A program made the translations under genes and the position numbers. 64,000 bases of DNA from Porphyridium purpureum (taxonomy: Eukaryota), in contig VRMN01000001.1 of NCBI GenBank assembly GCA_008690995.1, positions 1-64,000 on the forward strand, read 5' to 3'. Below are positions 30,628 to 41,755 of this stretch, one piece after another. Under the pieces are notes generated by a model. It was not told where the DNA came from. It made no database searches and was given only the letters and a program-made list of their open reading frames with translations. Every line of letters starts with the position of its first letter. Position 1 is the first letter of the stretch.

Positions 30628-31433
30628 GACTCCAGCGAGTCTCCCTCCAGCTGCTGAATAGTCTTCCTTGCCTCGGGACACTTCCTGGCGATGTGTCCCG
30701 GCTTTCCACAATTCCAGCATTTGAGCTCGCTTCGAACACGCCTCTGACCCTGCACGTTCCCGAGCTCCATAGGGACAGGTCCTTCCTGCGCTGCACGACC
30801 GAAAAATGGCGTCCTCACACTTGAATCACGCACGCCGCGGGTCGCATGAATGGCGTCATCCACGACCACCGCCACCTGCGCAGCCTCCGCAAACGTACTC
30901 ACTCCTCGCTTGTAAACTTCCAGGCGGACCTCGGGCTTCAGACCCCTCACAAAGCGGTCCATCATTTCTGCGTCCGACAAGTCCGGAATCACAAGTGCCG
31001 CGTCCTGAAAAGCCGCCACATACGCATGGGCCGGGCCTTTCTGCGAAAGACGCGTCAACTTGTCCCTTGCACGCCTGATCGAATCCTGCGGCGTGAACCG
31101 AGCACTCACGAGGGCAGCAAAATCATTCCACGTCGTGGGGATCTCCTGCGGGTAGCGTTCGCAGTTTAGAACCCACCAATGAAGCGCCTCTCCCTCGAAA
31201 TAGTCTGATGCCAGGTCCACAGCACGCCTCTCCGCAAGCAGACGTTTCTCCAAATCGTCCGGGTGGATGCTCTCCAACAGCCGGCCCAAGATCTTCTTTC
31301 TCGCCTGGAACAACCACGTCTTCACAACCAGAAGGTCCCTCTTCCCGTCGAACCTCATCAGACGGGCCTCCTTCGGGCCACGTGGTCCCAGCGTCTCCGA
31401 ATCAATCTCCATGCTTTCTGGAAACAAGCACAC
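30606..31433 (-). CDS. Gypsy B Gag
   Basis: ALHWW, RFVRGL, PMELG, CWNCGKPGHIARKC. Confidence 0.92.
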   Translation of the reverse strand: MCLFPESMEIDSETLGPRGPKEARLMRFDGKRDLLVVKTWLFQARKKILGRLLESIHPDDLEKRLLAERRAVDLASDYFEGEALHWWVLNCERYPQEIPTTWNDFAALVSARFTPQDSIRRARDKLTRLSQKGPAHAYVAAFQDAALVIPDLSDAEMMDRFVRGLKPEVRLEVYKRGVSTFAEAAQVAVVVDDAIHATRGVRDSSVRTPFFGRAAQEGPVPMELGNVQGQRRVRSELKCWNCGKPGHIARKCPEARKTIQQLEGDSLESKNEELE

Positions 31434-31980
31434 TCAACGACGACAACGACACAAACCGCGAGTCTCCGCTGCTCACACTCTCGAACAGCTGCGCGCAACA
31501 CGAACGGGCTTCGATTGCCCTCACGAACACAAATCGACACACGAAGCGGTCCTCTCACGCACACACACGCACAGCAATCTTCTCACGTACACACGACAAA
31601 ACACACAGCAATCCTCCTCTGTTGCGCTGGATGGGGAGCGGCCCGGGCCTTTGCACTGGGGCGGGGATTATAGATGCGATCTTGTATGGAGGTGTTCGGC
31701 GCCTACCTTCGCAAAGGTGGTCGTGCGACACTAGGATGAATCCTAGTGAAGGCTGACCGTTACGGCTCTTGCCTACTAATGCGTGCTAAGGCAGAGAGCG
31801 AGTCCGCCGTCAAGGCCTAGGCCTATCGTACAGCCAAGACTGAGACCCGCTTCCGCCCGTCGCACCCTCCGGATCGACTTACTCGAACCCCCTCACCCGC
31901 AGACTCTCCCACCCAGGCAACCCCAGAGAAACTCTAAGAGAACCTTAGAGCAACCCCAGGTAACCAGCGATGATACCAAA

Positions 31981-32279
31981 TGTTACCAATGCTGTGCCTT
32001 TTACTCTGCTTCTTCTTCTTCTTACCTCTTCTTTCTCCGAGCAAGACCTGACCGGCTAGTCCGGGCAGGCGCGTCGCCTTTTTATACCCTTACTTCCGCC
32101 AGGGACAGCAAGGCGCCAAGAGAAATGACAATGCAAATCATTGGCATTTCTGCGCGCGTCTAGAAGGTTCTGGAACCTCTAGAAGCTTCTAGAAACGGTT
32201 AAACGGTCTACCGGTTTAACGGCTTACCGGTTTCGGATTAACCGAACCGTTCTAGGTGACTGGGGTCGAACGGATAACA
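31981..32279 (-). repeat. 5' LTR of gypsy B
   Basis: Repeat of 26834-27109. Confidence 0.93.
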
Positions 32280-33389
32280 GAACCACCCGCTACTACCGCA
32301 CGACCGCACGGCGACGCCACAATCACCAGTCCGGACGCTTCAGACGGCGAAGCGGCCTTGACCCCCTCGGTCGCCGAGGTGACAATGGAACAGGCCAAAG
32401 CGCGGGTGGAAGCAATTGAAGAGAAGCTGCGAGCGCTGGAGGAACGCGAGGCGCGTCTGCTAAGTCAGATGACCACGCAGCCATCGTACGCGGACGCCGT
32501 CCGAAATGCGGTACCGCGCACGAGCGAAGCCGAGCATGCCCGCGCCGTCAGCTCTCCGCGTCGGACACGGAAGCGGAAAGCAGAAGGGACATTCCCGGAT
32601 GTCGAGCGCGAAAAGAATGAGCGGCTATCGCGCCGCGAGAAGGAACGCCTGCGTGTACGGCGCGCGCCGGAGGTCGTGGTCGCCCTGAAACGAGAGGCGG
32701 AGGACTTGCTATCTTCTGCGATGCCGGGAAAGCGCAGACACAAAACGCTGAGGATCGGCGTACGCCAGGCGATACGCCAATACGGTATGGAAGGACTCAA
32801 GGCGATTGTCGCTGAGCTGTTGCAGCTGTCCAAGCACGGTCTGGACGTGCTGGAGCCGGTCCACGTGCACACGCTCACGAAGAAACAACGAGACGGGATC
32901 ATACCGTCGTTCATGTTCGTGAAGGAGAATCACGATGCTTCAGGCGCCTTGGAGAAAATCAAAGCACGAATGGTGGCCGGCGGGAACGAGCAAGATCGAT
33001 CGGAGTACTCCGACTGTTCGTCCCCCACGGTGGCGACCGAGGCTATCTTCTTACTGGCAGCCGAGGCAGCGAGAAGCGGTGCCGCAGTCGCCACGATTGA
33101 TTTCCCCGGGGCATTTCTCAATGCAAGCATCCCCGACAGCGACCCACACACGTACGTGAGGATCAACAGAAGCCTGACCGGGCTGCTCGCCGCCGTAGAC
33201 AAGCGCATGAAGCAGTTCGTTAAGGACGGCGTTCTGGTCTGCAGGTTGAAGCGCCCGTTGTATGGATGCATCGATGCGTCCAAGCGTTGGTATGACCACC
33301 TCTGCGAGATGTTGAGCGAGCTCGGATTTGAACAGAACGCTTACGACGCTTGTGTCTTGCGGAAAGTCTCCCGTACGGGCGAGCCTTAG
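32280..33389 (+). pseudogene. Internal fragment of another copia pol (IN-RT linker plus N-terminal RT), same lineage as the 20-26 kb element
   Basis: RVEAIEEKL, KIKARMVAGG, SSPTVATE, IDFPGAFLNA, LKRPLYG, YDACV; truncated before the YVDD-type motif. Confidence 0.88.
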
Positions 33390-35753
33390 TGCGCGTGCGC
33401 GCAAGCAGGCGCGCAGTCCCAAATGCGGGCTTCAAAGCGGGCTGAAGAAGTAGAGACGTATTCTCGGCACCGATCTTTGTTGAGCGGAGCATGAGTGAAT
33501 GAAAAGGTGAAGCGCGTGCGGTCGCTGTAGACTTCGAGCTTTCGCTTTTCGGCAGACTGCAGAGGAAGAAAGCAGACAAACAAGCGGGTACTGTCAAAAT
33601 ATTTCACTCTCAATTTAATTGTCACGGAGGCAGCGCATGAAGGCGGCGCGGCACGATCCGGTCTTTTCAAGAACGAAAAAGGGATTATGAGAAGACACGA
33701 CAACTTAGAAGGGAAAATTTGTAAATGCTTGACAGAGACCTTATATATTTGGCAGGCTCCCAGGATCCATTTTTTTCATCACACCATGCAGTCGCGAAAG
33801 TGAAGAAATCTTTGACACGTAGAACAATACCAGTCGCGAGACTACGCGGAGACAATGTACCTTCCAAGTCATTCACTGTCTAGTGTTCGAGGCTTCGGGC
33901 ATTCTCATGACATTGAGGAGGAAGAGGACACAATAGGTTAGGAGCAGAATACAAGGGAGAACAGTGAAAAACTTGAAGACATGGTTGAGTAGAATAAGTA
34001 TACATGCAACAATACTTGACGAACAGATTACTGGCATCTATGTGGAGCACCAGTACAAAAGTGTTTGACAGCGTGATTGTCATGGAACTAAGCCGTTCTC
34101 GCTCAGATCAGGCGCACTGTCTGTGTCGGAGTGGCATATTGAGCTGAATGTGGGCTTGAACAGGACCATGATACTTTGAAGGACTCAATTGGCAGGGAAG
34201 TCGATGAGCCGGGCCGAAATTTCATTTTGGTGACCCATTATTTTGAAACTAGTAATGGTGTGCACATAGCAAAGACACGGAGCGTACTCATGTTATCACG
34301 GTCATTTCCGTATCCCCTTATTCCTCTTCACTCTTTCTGTACCCTTGCTTTACTCTCTACCCTCCTATGACTTGCTTGAAGGTTACCTGCATCTCTTTTG
34401 CGTAGAATACTGCAACGTACAAGGTAACAATACGGGCAGGAAGAAAGGAGAAACAACAATGCATCGACAGGGCGGAAGCCAGGATCTTAAGAGGCTCCAG
34501 CGAGGTTGCCGCAAGGCCACGACGAGGATACAACATGGAAACGCCAATGCCCAAGAAAAGCATAGAGCAATCATGGGCCTGGGAAACAATATTTATAGCC
34601 GATCTGCATAATAATACGCTTGCATCATAACTCATCTCTGTGTCTCAAGCAGAAGTGATTGCAACTACTATATTGTTTTGCATTCTCTGGTCCTATGTAG
34701 CCCCGATCATAACATCGGCAAGGCAACGAAAATCTGCCCAGCACAATAGTGTGGCTTTCGGACTAGACAGCACGAAAAAGGATGCAGCAAAACGATTATG
34801 TTCGCACATGTCCATGTGCCGCAGCGCGTCACCTCATTGGACCGATCTCAAAAAAGTCCGTCGTCACACCTGATCGAGCACACCCTGCTTGGGAACTTTG
34901 CATTCGGAAAAGGGACATGGCTCCAGGCCAAACCTTTTCTTCGAGCAGGACACTTTGATGCACAGGACAGACAATTAGACACATCCCGCACTTTGTCTGG
35001 CGTGCTTGCGTAGAAAAGCCAGAGAATAACTTTGCGAGGAATTGACGCCACCGTGGGCAGGAGGCTTTGGTTGATCGGGCGGAGCTTTCCTCATCTATAT
35101 CTCGCCGATGCCTCACGTGAGCATTGCGAAGGCCCGAATCGACCATCGAAGCAAATCCAATGATTTGAACTTCCCCAGAACGACAGCCTCTGGTCAAAGC
35201 TTCGTGGATTAGACTGGAAAGGTAGCTCAACCAACTCCATGTTCTTTCCGGGTATGGAATCCTTGGGTGTTTCCGTGAAGATGTATGAATTCATCCCCAA
35301 TATCTCACAGTGCTAGAGACAAAGCGATTGCTTCTCATGGAGGTACGGATGCTCACAGCTCCCTCCAAGGCGTGCAGTCCCCAGGAAGGCGCTGGCCATG
35401 CTCGAGAGTTGTCCAATTGATAGGTTTTCATCAAGCTGTTGGTTTCTCTCGATTTCTCTTTCTTGCTTTCTCTCGCGTTCGACAGATGAGATGCTGGGTC
35501 TAATCCCTTGCGCGCCGAGGGTTTATCGGGGCAAGTAGGTTGCTTGCTGGAGAATACCTCTAGGAATAAAAGCATTTCTTAATTCATCTCTTGTGCCTTT
35601 ACTTTATGACACTATCCTCAGGCTGCGCGCTCGAAACGGCATTCATATCCGTCTGCGCACGGAGCACGAGACCCCCGTAGCTCCGCAATCCTACGACCAG
35701 CCTCTTAGCGCCCCCGCCGCCAAATGCTTCCACATGATTTCCAATGATTATCC

Positions 35754-36224
35754 TTGCTGGAGACGCCTGCCATGCATTGCGGCTTGTCTGATGTTCACCC
35801 TTACCGGTTCCAACTCGTAACCGTTTATGATCAGCGCGGATTTCGGTCTTTCCTCAGCGGCAACGTCGGCGCCAGAAGACACATCCGAAAGCTTGGACTG
35901 GGCGCGGCTGTGACGTTGATTCTGTCCTTGTGGCTTTGTTTACTTCTCGCCAAAGCATCGTCTCGAGGCAGCACTGGTCGACTTCCAGATCCAGGAGACT
36001 CTTTCGCGATGCTAAGCCGGCGGTCGCGCGCGTTCCTGGCGATCGGTGTGATGCTGACTGTATTTATGGCGGCACTGACTTTTCCTTTCTGGAGGCTCTT
36101 GCTTCCTGGCATGGCGGCCGCGCGCAAAAGGTATGTCTGGCCAGCGTATGACGATGCTGTTCCTATCCGTAATGACACCGACGTCCACAGCGCTGAAGGC
36201 CTACTCCCGCATCCCGCGCCTTGA
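35754..36224 (+). CDS. Possible small membrane protein or terminal exon with two hydrophobic segments
   Basis: LGLGAAVTLILSLWLCLLLA and AFLAIGVMLTVFMAALTFPFW; start uncertain; no homology recognised. Confidence 0.3.
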   Translation: MLETPAMHCGLSDVHPYRFQLVTVYDQRGFRSFLSGNVGARRHIRKLGLGAAVTLILSLWLCLLLAKASSRGSTGRLPDPGDSFAMLSRRSRAFLAIGVMLTVFMAALTFPFWRLLLPGMAAARKRYVWPAYDDAVPIRNDTDVHSAEGLLPHPAP

Positions 36225-36249
36225 GGCCCCGAGGCACGAAAGGTTTCCT

Positions 36250-38205
36250 TTATTCCGAGCTAGTGTTGAGCATGTGCAAGCGGTCTGCGCGGATCAGTTC
36301 GCGTGCTGCTGGAAATACCTCATGCAGCAACTGCTGAACGATATCAAGTTCGTCGCTCGAGTCACGAGCATTCGAGACGACCGTTGGGATCATGCTCATG
36401 CCAAACGGACGCGAGCGCGGATCCCGCTCTGCTCGGCTAACCTGGTCGGAATCGTCTTTGGCTGCCGGGCGATGAGCTGAAGGTGGCGCTTGTTCTGTCT
36501 CCAATTTATGCTCAGCGCTAGTCCTGCGGACCCATTGAGTGCATCCCGCACGGTCGAGGCCACGCTGGCTGTACAAGACGCTCATGAGGATCTCTTCGGT
36601 GTCTTTCACGCCCAGATACGTGAGTGCGAGCTCGAGGTCAGAGTGACTGGATGACTCTACATGGATCGAGAAGACTTTTGGGCCGTTGCTGATGGAGTGC
36701 CTGCGCGTACGACTTGGCACGAGCTGAAGCACGCGGACCAGCGCCATGTTTCCTGCCGCGCCGCCCGCAGGGAGCATTATTATGCACTGCTCGTGCTGAT
36801 GCGACACCGAGCGTGTGCACAGCCCAATATAGCGCCATCGGCACATTGTGAGCTGCGGTGATGCCAACCCAGCCCTTCGCGTATCTTCCTCATCGCCTTG
36901 CGAGGTGATAACGCGGTACAAGTCGCCCGAAACAAATACGTGGCGGCGTGCGCGGATGGCAGTTCCGTCCGCGGTGATGATGCCGCAGCATCGCGGTCCT
37001 TGTCCCTGCGTGGAAAAGGCACCATCATCGCGCGTGAGCAAGCCGACTAGTGGCGTGCGTAATCGGAACACGGTGCCGTAAATGGCACTGAGACGGCAAA
37101 ACGCTTGAGCGAGATCGCTCGCTCCATGTACGGACGTCACAAATGGAGTGCATGTGCCGCGAAATCGCCGCAGTGATGACATGAATGCACGCACGCGTGC
37201 CATCCCGGCATCTTTTGACAAGTTGGAATCACAGAAAACATCATCATCGTCTATGCCCGCAATACCGCTGCAGACGACATACTGAACATGCGCCGGCACA
37301 TCGTGCTGATCCAGCCATTGCAAGAAGGAGGGCTGCTCTGCGCCCGGCGTGGTGCCCTCGGTCTCAGAGTCCGATTCTGCCAGCATACGCATCAAAACAC
37401 GTTTATCCCGCAAGGTCAGTGAGTCACTCTGGAACACGTCGGCACGTGAGCAGGGCACTCGTATGAGCGCCGGCGGCGATGAGCTTTGGGAGGCCTTCTT
37501 CACCTCGGCAGTCTCTTTCTCGGCCTTCTGTGGGCACAAGTAAACCGCATGCATCGCACTAATCTCCACGTAATGCCGTACCGATGTTGTGGCGACCAAA
37601 TCCATGAGCGGCTCCGAGCACATGACTGCCCGCGGCCGCATGTCTAGCTCTATGTCGTGCCAATCGTCCTTGCGCGGTGCATTTGATTGAATTTCAGTTG
37701 GTGCCCGAGCCATCGACTGCTGCTCGCTCACGGCATCGGGCCACTCCGAATCGCGGAACGTGCCCTCTGCTTTCACGTTTGCGTGTACATGATGGAAAGT
37801 GTATGGCAAAAGTCCGACATTACCACTAAACTCACTTGCTTGTGCATCGACACGCGGCCAGCCTTCTTTGCAGTCTGTCTCGGAAAATAGCCTCAGTGTG
37901 GCCCTCTTGTCGGACGCGAAGGAGGCGCTTTGAGTCTCCGCGAGCGCGACTTGCATGAGCTGCTCGGCTCGTACCGACGCATCCCTGTCGCCATATCGGT
38001 CTGACGCACCAACGTGTAACACTTGGGCCCCATGTGATGCGAGTGCGGCAGAGAGTAGGCTCTCAACCAGCCCCGTTCCTACAATGATCACGTCGAACTG
38101 TTCAAGCCGGAGTGCCGACGCGCTGGAAGATTCCATAAGTTTCTCAGTGTCGGCGGGCGCACCAGCCGCCGGCGCCTGCTGATCACTCGCGAGCCTCTTC
38201 GACAC
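36250..38205 (-). CDS. REP: Rab escort protein (Rab geranylgeranyltransferase component A, GDI/REP family); start uncertain (ATG at 38136)
   Basis: FDVIIVGTGLVESLLSAAL..G.QVLH...DRYG, RVPCSRADVF, DKRVLMR, AQAFCRLSAIYG. Confidence 0.88.
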   Translation of the reverse strand: MSKRLASDQQAPAAGAPADTEKLMESSSASALRLEQFDVIIVGTGLVESLLSAALASHGAQVLHVGASDRYGDRDASVRAEQLMQVALAETQSASFASDKRATLRLFSETDCKEGWPRVDAQASEFSGNVGLLPYTFHHVHANVKAEGTFRDSEWPDAVSEQQSMARAPTEIQSNAPRKDDWHDIELDMRPRAVMCSEPLMDLVATTSVRHYVEISAMHAVYLCPQKAEKETAEVKKASQSSSPPALIRVPCSRADVFQSDSLTLRDKRVLMRMLAESDSETEGTTPGAEQPSFLQWLDQHDVPAHVQYVVCSGIAGIDDDDVFCDSNLSKDAGMARVRAFMSSLRRFRGTCTPFVTSVHGASDLAQAFCRLSAIYGTVFRLRTPLVGLLTRDDGAFSTQGQGPRCCGIITADGTAIRARRHVFVSGDLYRVITSQGDEEDTRRAGLASPQLTMCRWRYIGLCTRSVSHQHEQCIIMLPAGGAAGNMALVRVLQLVPSRTRRHSISNGPKVFSIHVESSSHSDLELALTYLGVKDTEEILMSVLYSQRGLDRAGCTQWVRRTSAEHKLETEQAPPSAHRPAAKDDSDQVSRAERDPRSRPFGMSMIPTVVSNARDSSDELDIVQQLLHEVFPAARELIRADRLHMLNTSSE

Positions 38206-38530
38206 AAGGGTGCCACTTTTTCAAACTGCTGTCCATTCTGAAAATTGTGGTACGAAGCGTCACGTTCTTTCGTAGCCCAAGAGTTTGGAAAAAGAGACGT
38301 CCGAGTGTGTTGAAGCCACATTGGGTTCCTCGCGAGAACTTCGATAAGAATGCTTGCACGTTTAATTGTCATTTTGCATCCCATTTACGTCTCTCTGTCT
38401 CGCTCCCTCGCTGTCGGCCAGAAAACCAGAGCGTTGTTTCACATTTGTCGCACATACCCTTTTCCGTAATCCTTACCTTTTCATTCTCTTCTGCTGCCAG
38501 TTCCCAAGCCGACTCCGAGCACACGAAGCG

Positions 38531-41280
38531 CTAGGCCTTTTTGCGACACTCAAACGCGTCAACACCAGACCCCGTGGTATTCACGAACGTCGCGCGCGAC
38601 GCTTTACATGCGCGGTACGAGAAGCGGCTGCCCAACTTGCTCTCCACAAACATCGTACGCTTGAAGGTCGCACCGTCAAAGTTGGCCGCCGCAGGCGCCT
38701 TTGCCGTTTCCTCGAGTGAGCCAAAGATTACGTGCTCGAAGCGCACCTTGTGAAGGGAAGCGTACTCAAAGTTGGCACCGCCAACGAACGTCACATTGCG
38801 GAAAACGCAGTTCTTGAGTGTCGCCTCTCGAAAGTCCGCACTGCCAGCAAGTGTCAAGTTTTCAAACAAAACATTGCTCAGAACTGCGTTGCTGAACTTC
38901 AAGGCAGATGACTCGCCGCTTGTGCCCCGCACGAATTGCACTTTCTTAAAACGGGAACCGCTAAGATCGAGCGACCCATACACGGCAAAGCTATCAATCT
39001 GCGTACGCTTGAACTTGACATCGTGCATAGCAAGATGCGCGTGCTCCGCGACTGACAGCTCAGACAGCTGTGTTTGCACGAATGCACAGTCACGCATCTC
39101 CAGCGAGCCGCCACCAACCTCGATATCCCGCAGCGTGACCTTCTTCAGCCGAACGTGACTCAGCCGCGTTTGGGCAGCGTCGAGAAGTAGTGTCTCAATC
39201 TCTCCATCGACCAACTGGACATTGACACCTACCACCGATTCTCCCAGCAGCTGAACACCGCGCAGCTCAAATTGGCGGAAGGCGCTACCCTCGAGCAGCA
39301 ACGTGGACGATGAAATCAAATTCAGCGCTTGTAAGCCCTGCGCGCGCACGCTGCGCGCTACCAGCTGCCCACGCACGTGCAACGCTTTCAGGGAAAGCTT
39401 TGCTGCCCGGAGCCCGTCGACCAGAAGCGACGAGTCAAACGCCAGTGCATCAAGCTCAACGCGAGAAAGGTGCAGGCGATGAAGCGTCGCAGTCTTGGCA
39501 AAAGAGAGCCCCGACACGGTTGCGTCGCTCAAGCGAGCCTCGGCAAGACTCACATCCTCTTCGAAGGATACGTCCTGCACTCGCGACGCCTTGCTCACGT
39601 CCAAAAAGTTGACGCTAAGGTCGCCCAGCTTCATATCAGTCAGCGCCGACTGCACAATGCGAAGCGTCTGCAGCTTGACACTCCCGATTTCAAGCATGCG
39701 CGCGATCACACCGCTCAAGCTCGTGTCACGCGCAAGCACGCCGTGCAGCAAGCGCACACGACCCACTAGCGAATTGCGTAGCTGAACACTGCCAAAGGAA
39801 GCGATGGCATCAAAGTTGAGCGAGCAAAGCATTGAGTTTTGGGCGAGAAGCCTGGGCACAATGATTGGGTCACGAACTGAGAGGCCACGCACGCTACAAG
39901 CGTGCAACACGGTGGGAGGCTGTGTGCCTCCATTCTCCAGAACACAGTTTTCAACCGCAGAGTAACTGAGCGACGCCGTTTTGCTGCCATCGTTGCCCAC
40001 AACAAAGGAAGTGTTGAGCATCAGTACCCGCTGCGCGTCAACGGGCAGCGGCACGCCGCGCTCCGCTGCAAGCACAATGTCAAATACGCTGCGCGTGTCC
40101 GGGCGCGCAAACGAAAATAAGCATGACACATCATCGGCCCAGAGTGCGCGCAGCTCTTTCGACACGAACTGAGGAACGCGGCCCTGTGCACGCCGCTCGT
40201 GCAGAACTGAGCCAGCGTACAGCCCCACGCTCAGCAGCAATAAGCCAACAAGCACGCCCATGGCGACCAGCGCCTTACCGTACGTGTCCAATTTGCGATT
40301 TGCTGTCCGCACGCTCATGACACGCGGCATGGCTGGCGTGGCCGCGGACGTCGAGTCCGCTGTCTTCCTGAGCGACTGCCCAGACGCGCGGTCAGGCGCA
40401 GCGTCGGGCAGCACAACTGAACGTTGCCGAATTCCAGTGGACTCTGCAACTGCACTGGCCCGTGGTACCGAGACCGGCACCTCGTCTGCGACCACCTCCT
40501 CCACTACGTCGTCTACATCCGAACCAAAATCTGCACCACCGCGAGCAGCCACTGAATCTGTTCCCCTGTCGGTAGAGCCACCGCCCACGACAGGTGCCTC
40601 GGGCAAAGCTTCTTCCTGGGCGACACGGTCATCCGTATACGCCGAGCCAACGCTGTCTGCGAATGATCGGTCGGTCACGCCATGCGCTTCCTTTTCTACA
40701 CCGGTGCTACCAAGGCCACGCTGCGTGAATTCTGTTTCCACCCAAGTACGCTGCTCAACGTGGCCATGATCCTGTGCATCCTGTTCTACGCTACGGTCAT
40801 CGTCATCGTCGTCGTCGTCATCGTCATCGTCATCGTCATCGTCTTCGTCTTCGTCGCCGTCGTCGTCCTCCATCTCGTCCGTGTCGTCCTGATCAGCTCT
40901 GGCTGACTCGTCATCGCCAATTATGGCACGATCCGTGACTGCCTCGGACTGCTCCGCATCCACATCCTGCTCATCACCGTCATCCGCGCCAAGGTCTGAC
41001 GCTGCTGCTGCTGCTGTTGGCGGCGGTGCTGACTCGGGCTCGACTTTGATGCGCTCCCCAAACATTTGGCGTGCGCTGGCAAACGTCTGCTCCATTGCGA
41101 CCTTTTCCTCCTTGGAAATATCGTCGTCCACCCATCGCCATCCTGATCGCCGCCCACGCTCTGAGCGCTTGCTTCGATCGCGCGCCGCCCGGCCCCGAAC
41201 CGCAGCGCCGCGCGCACAAATGTGTCATGCATCGCCTCTGCCTCGGCAGCGGAGATATCGTCATCCCGCGTGGACGCCAT
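38531..41280 (-). CDS. Single-pass membrane protein: acidic N-terminus, TM helix, long pentapeptide-repeat/beta-helix domain; apparent frameshift near 41133
   Basis: Duplicated motif DDDIS..E..AM..TF..A...FG split across two frames; poly-Asp tract; TM LVAMGVLVGLLLLSVGLYAG; ADFREATLKNCVFRNVTF/ANFEYASL repeats. Confidence 0.75.
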
Positions 41281-41755
41281 CGCAAGATCCAGCAAATCCG
41301 GCACCCTGCGACCTCGCCTCTTCCAATACACCAACGCAACCTAACGCGGATCCTCAACTGCTGGCCGTCCCCCGCGCTGGCCACTCGCGCCGCTGGCCGG
41401 TATCGCTGCGCGCCGGGTGCCCGCGCAAGTCCGCAAGCAGCGCGCGATCGCACAAGACCACGCCGCCAATCGCTGTCTGCGCCTCGCGCCTGTGCATCTC
41501 TCTCGCCCCGAACCCGCTTTTCCCCGCTCGCACAAAATCTGGAGGCCAACTGTACCTCCACACTGTACATCCGTGCGCGCGGGGGCGAGTGCGTGCGGGC
41601 ACAGACGCTGGGACGCGCTGCGGCAGTCCGCGCATCCCTGTCTCCTGCGCCAGGCGGCTCTAGCTTTAGCGGCCGCGAGCGCGCGCGCACCGGACGATAG
41701 TCGGGCGGCTGTGCCCCGCCCGCGGGTGTGTGCGGGCGGCACGCGACGAGCATCG

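Larger units (their letters stand above)
26834..32279 (-). mobile_element. Ty3/gypsy LTR retrotransposon B, related to A; LTRs non-identical and no TSD
   Basis: LTRs 26834-27109 (276 bp) and 31981-32279 (299 bp); PBS 31962-31978; PPT AGAGGGGGGAGA; intact gag and pol. Confidence 0.95.
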
